A stretch of 64,000 bases of DNA from an uncultured Gemmatimonadales bacterium (GTDB lineage: Bacteria; Gemmatimonadota; Gemmatimonadetes; Gemmatimonadales; GWC2-71-9). Location of the stretch: positions 832,001-896,000 of the forward strand of contig CAVSLV010000001.1 in NCBI GenBank assembly GCA_963728915.1, read 5' to 3'. The position numbers and the translations under genes were made by a program. Under the pieces are notes generated by a model. That model made no database searches. It was not told the origin of the DNA and worked only from the letters and a program-made list of their open reading frames with translations. Below are positions 63,318-64,000 of the stretch, one piece after another. Numbering within the stretch: position 1 is the first letter of the stretch; each line of letters starts with the position of its first letter.

Positions 63318-64000
63318 TCACCGTCCTGCCCGTCGAAGAAAGAACGGGGTGGCCGCCACCAGATCCGCCACCGTCATCCCGATCCGCGAGATCCCCGCGA
63401 GCACCAGGGCATTCGCGGCCCCGATCCGGTCCTGGACCATCCAGACAAAGACTCCCTCCCGGACCCCCAGCCCCCCAGGGGCGAGGAGAAACAACAGGCC
63501 CGCAATGTAAGATCCTGCGAAGCTGCCAACCGCATCGCCCAGCGGAAGCTCGGCACCGGGGAGGGTTCCCCGGGCCAGGAGCCAGAGCGCCACGCCATAG
63601 CCGATCCAGGCCACCAGGTTGGCGACGATTCCGAATCCGACCGCACCGGGCCGCGGACTAACCCGCTGGTCGGGAGGATGGCCCAGCCTCCGCAGGAGGA
63701 TCCCGGCGAGCGGTGGAGACATGACCACCACAAGCGCCACCAGACTCGCCCCCAGCACCATTACGAGAGCCAGGCGGCTTCCGGGCCGGTGGGACTCCAG
63801 CACCGCAACCCCCGAGCTCCCGACCAGCAGCGCGCCGGTGCCGATCGAGACCACCTGGAGGAGGATGGCGGACGCGGTCGCGGTTCCCGGCGGAGATTCC
63901 CCGGCGTTCGGCGAGGACCGCCATTCCCGCGATCGCCCAGACTTTGCCGGGAAGGTACTTGCCCATGCTGGAGATCACCCAGATTCGGGCCGCATCCAGA
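63318..64000 (-). CDS. Lysylphosphatidylglycerol-synthase TM domain (flippase-like) protein, C-terminal part, apparent frameshift at ~63886-63888
   Basis: GKYLPGKVW in one frame and APGGLGVRE...SR in the next; hydrophobic throughout; runs off window end. Confidence 0.8.

Overview
High-GC bacterial chromosomal DNA, most consistent with Gemmatimonadota. This is an inference from the ADOP/PadR pair, bifunctional lpxC-fabZ, mcsA-mcsB-clpC inside an outer-membrane operon, and bshC. The left ~17 kb is accessory: the end of a GlgE-pathway glycogen/trehalose operon (tetR-treZ-glgE-maltokinase-glgB), padR-ADOP permease, a DoxX-like protein, an S10 peptidase, a Tat-exported BNR/VPS10 protein and a K+ channel. 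From 17575 to 58045 every real gene is on the + strand: era-cax-trm112; DGC-ZnR/RomX-like-prfB-lysS-lolCE-lolD-mcsA-mcsB-clpC-bamA-skp-lpxD-lpxC/fabZ-lpxA-lpxB-DUF374-lpxK; gdh-rlmH-bshC-murJ-uvrC-thrC; TPR; tRNA-Gly; FMO; DUF512-der-plsY-gpsA-merR-surE-pcm-dedA-acyP; tRNA-Arg; TPR. At 58175-58202 there is a clear XerC/XerD dif site, flanked by two tandem DnaA-box-like 9-mers on one side and a truncated macro-domain gene remnant on the other. Beyond it all genes are on the - strand (serine hydrolase, dapF, Dpm1-like GT2, YfhO-like GT-C, LPG-synthase-TM protein), so transcription converges on dif as expected for a replication terminus. Most notable items: the dif/DnaA-box/remnant junction, a zinc-ribbon protein with a C-terminal RomX-like domain coupled to a diguanylate cyclase, a possible ACG start for treZ, a prfB frameshift lacking the canonical internal SD, and a 9-bp-unit sliding hairpin after tRNA-Gly. 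Six single-base frameshifts in short G/C runs, including in lpxB and dapF, look like long-read consensus errors. No CRISPR array, rRNA or IS element was seen. All family assignments are from motif recognition, not database searches.
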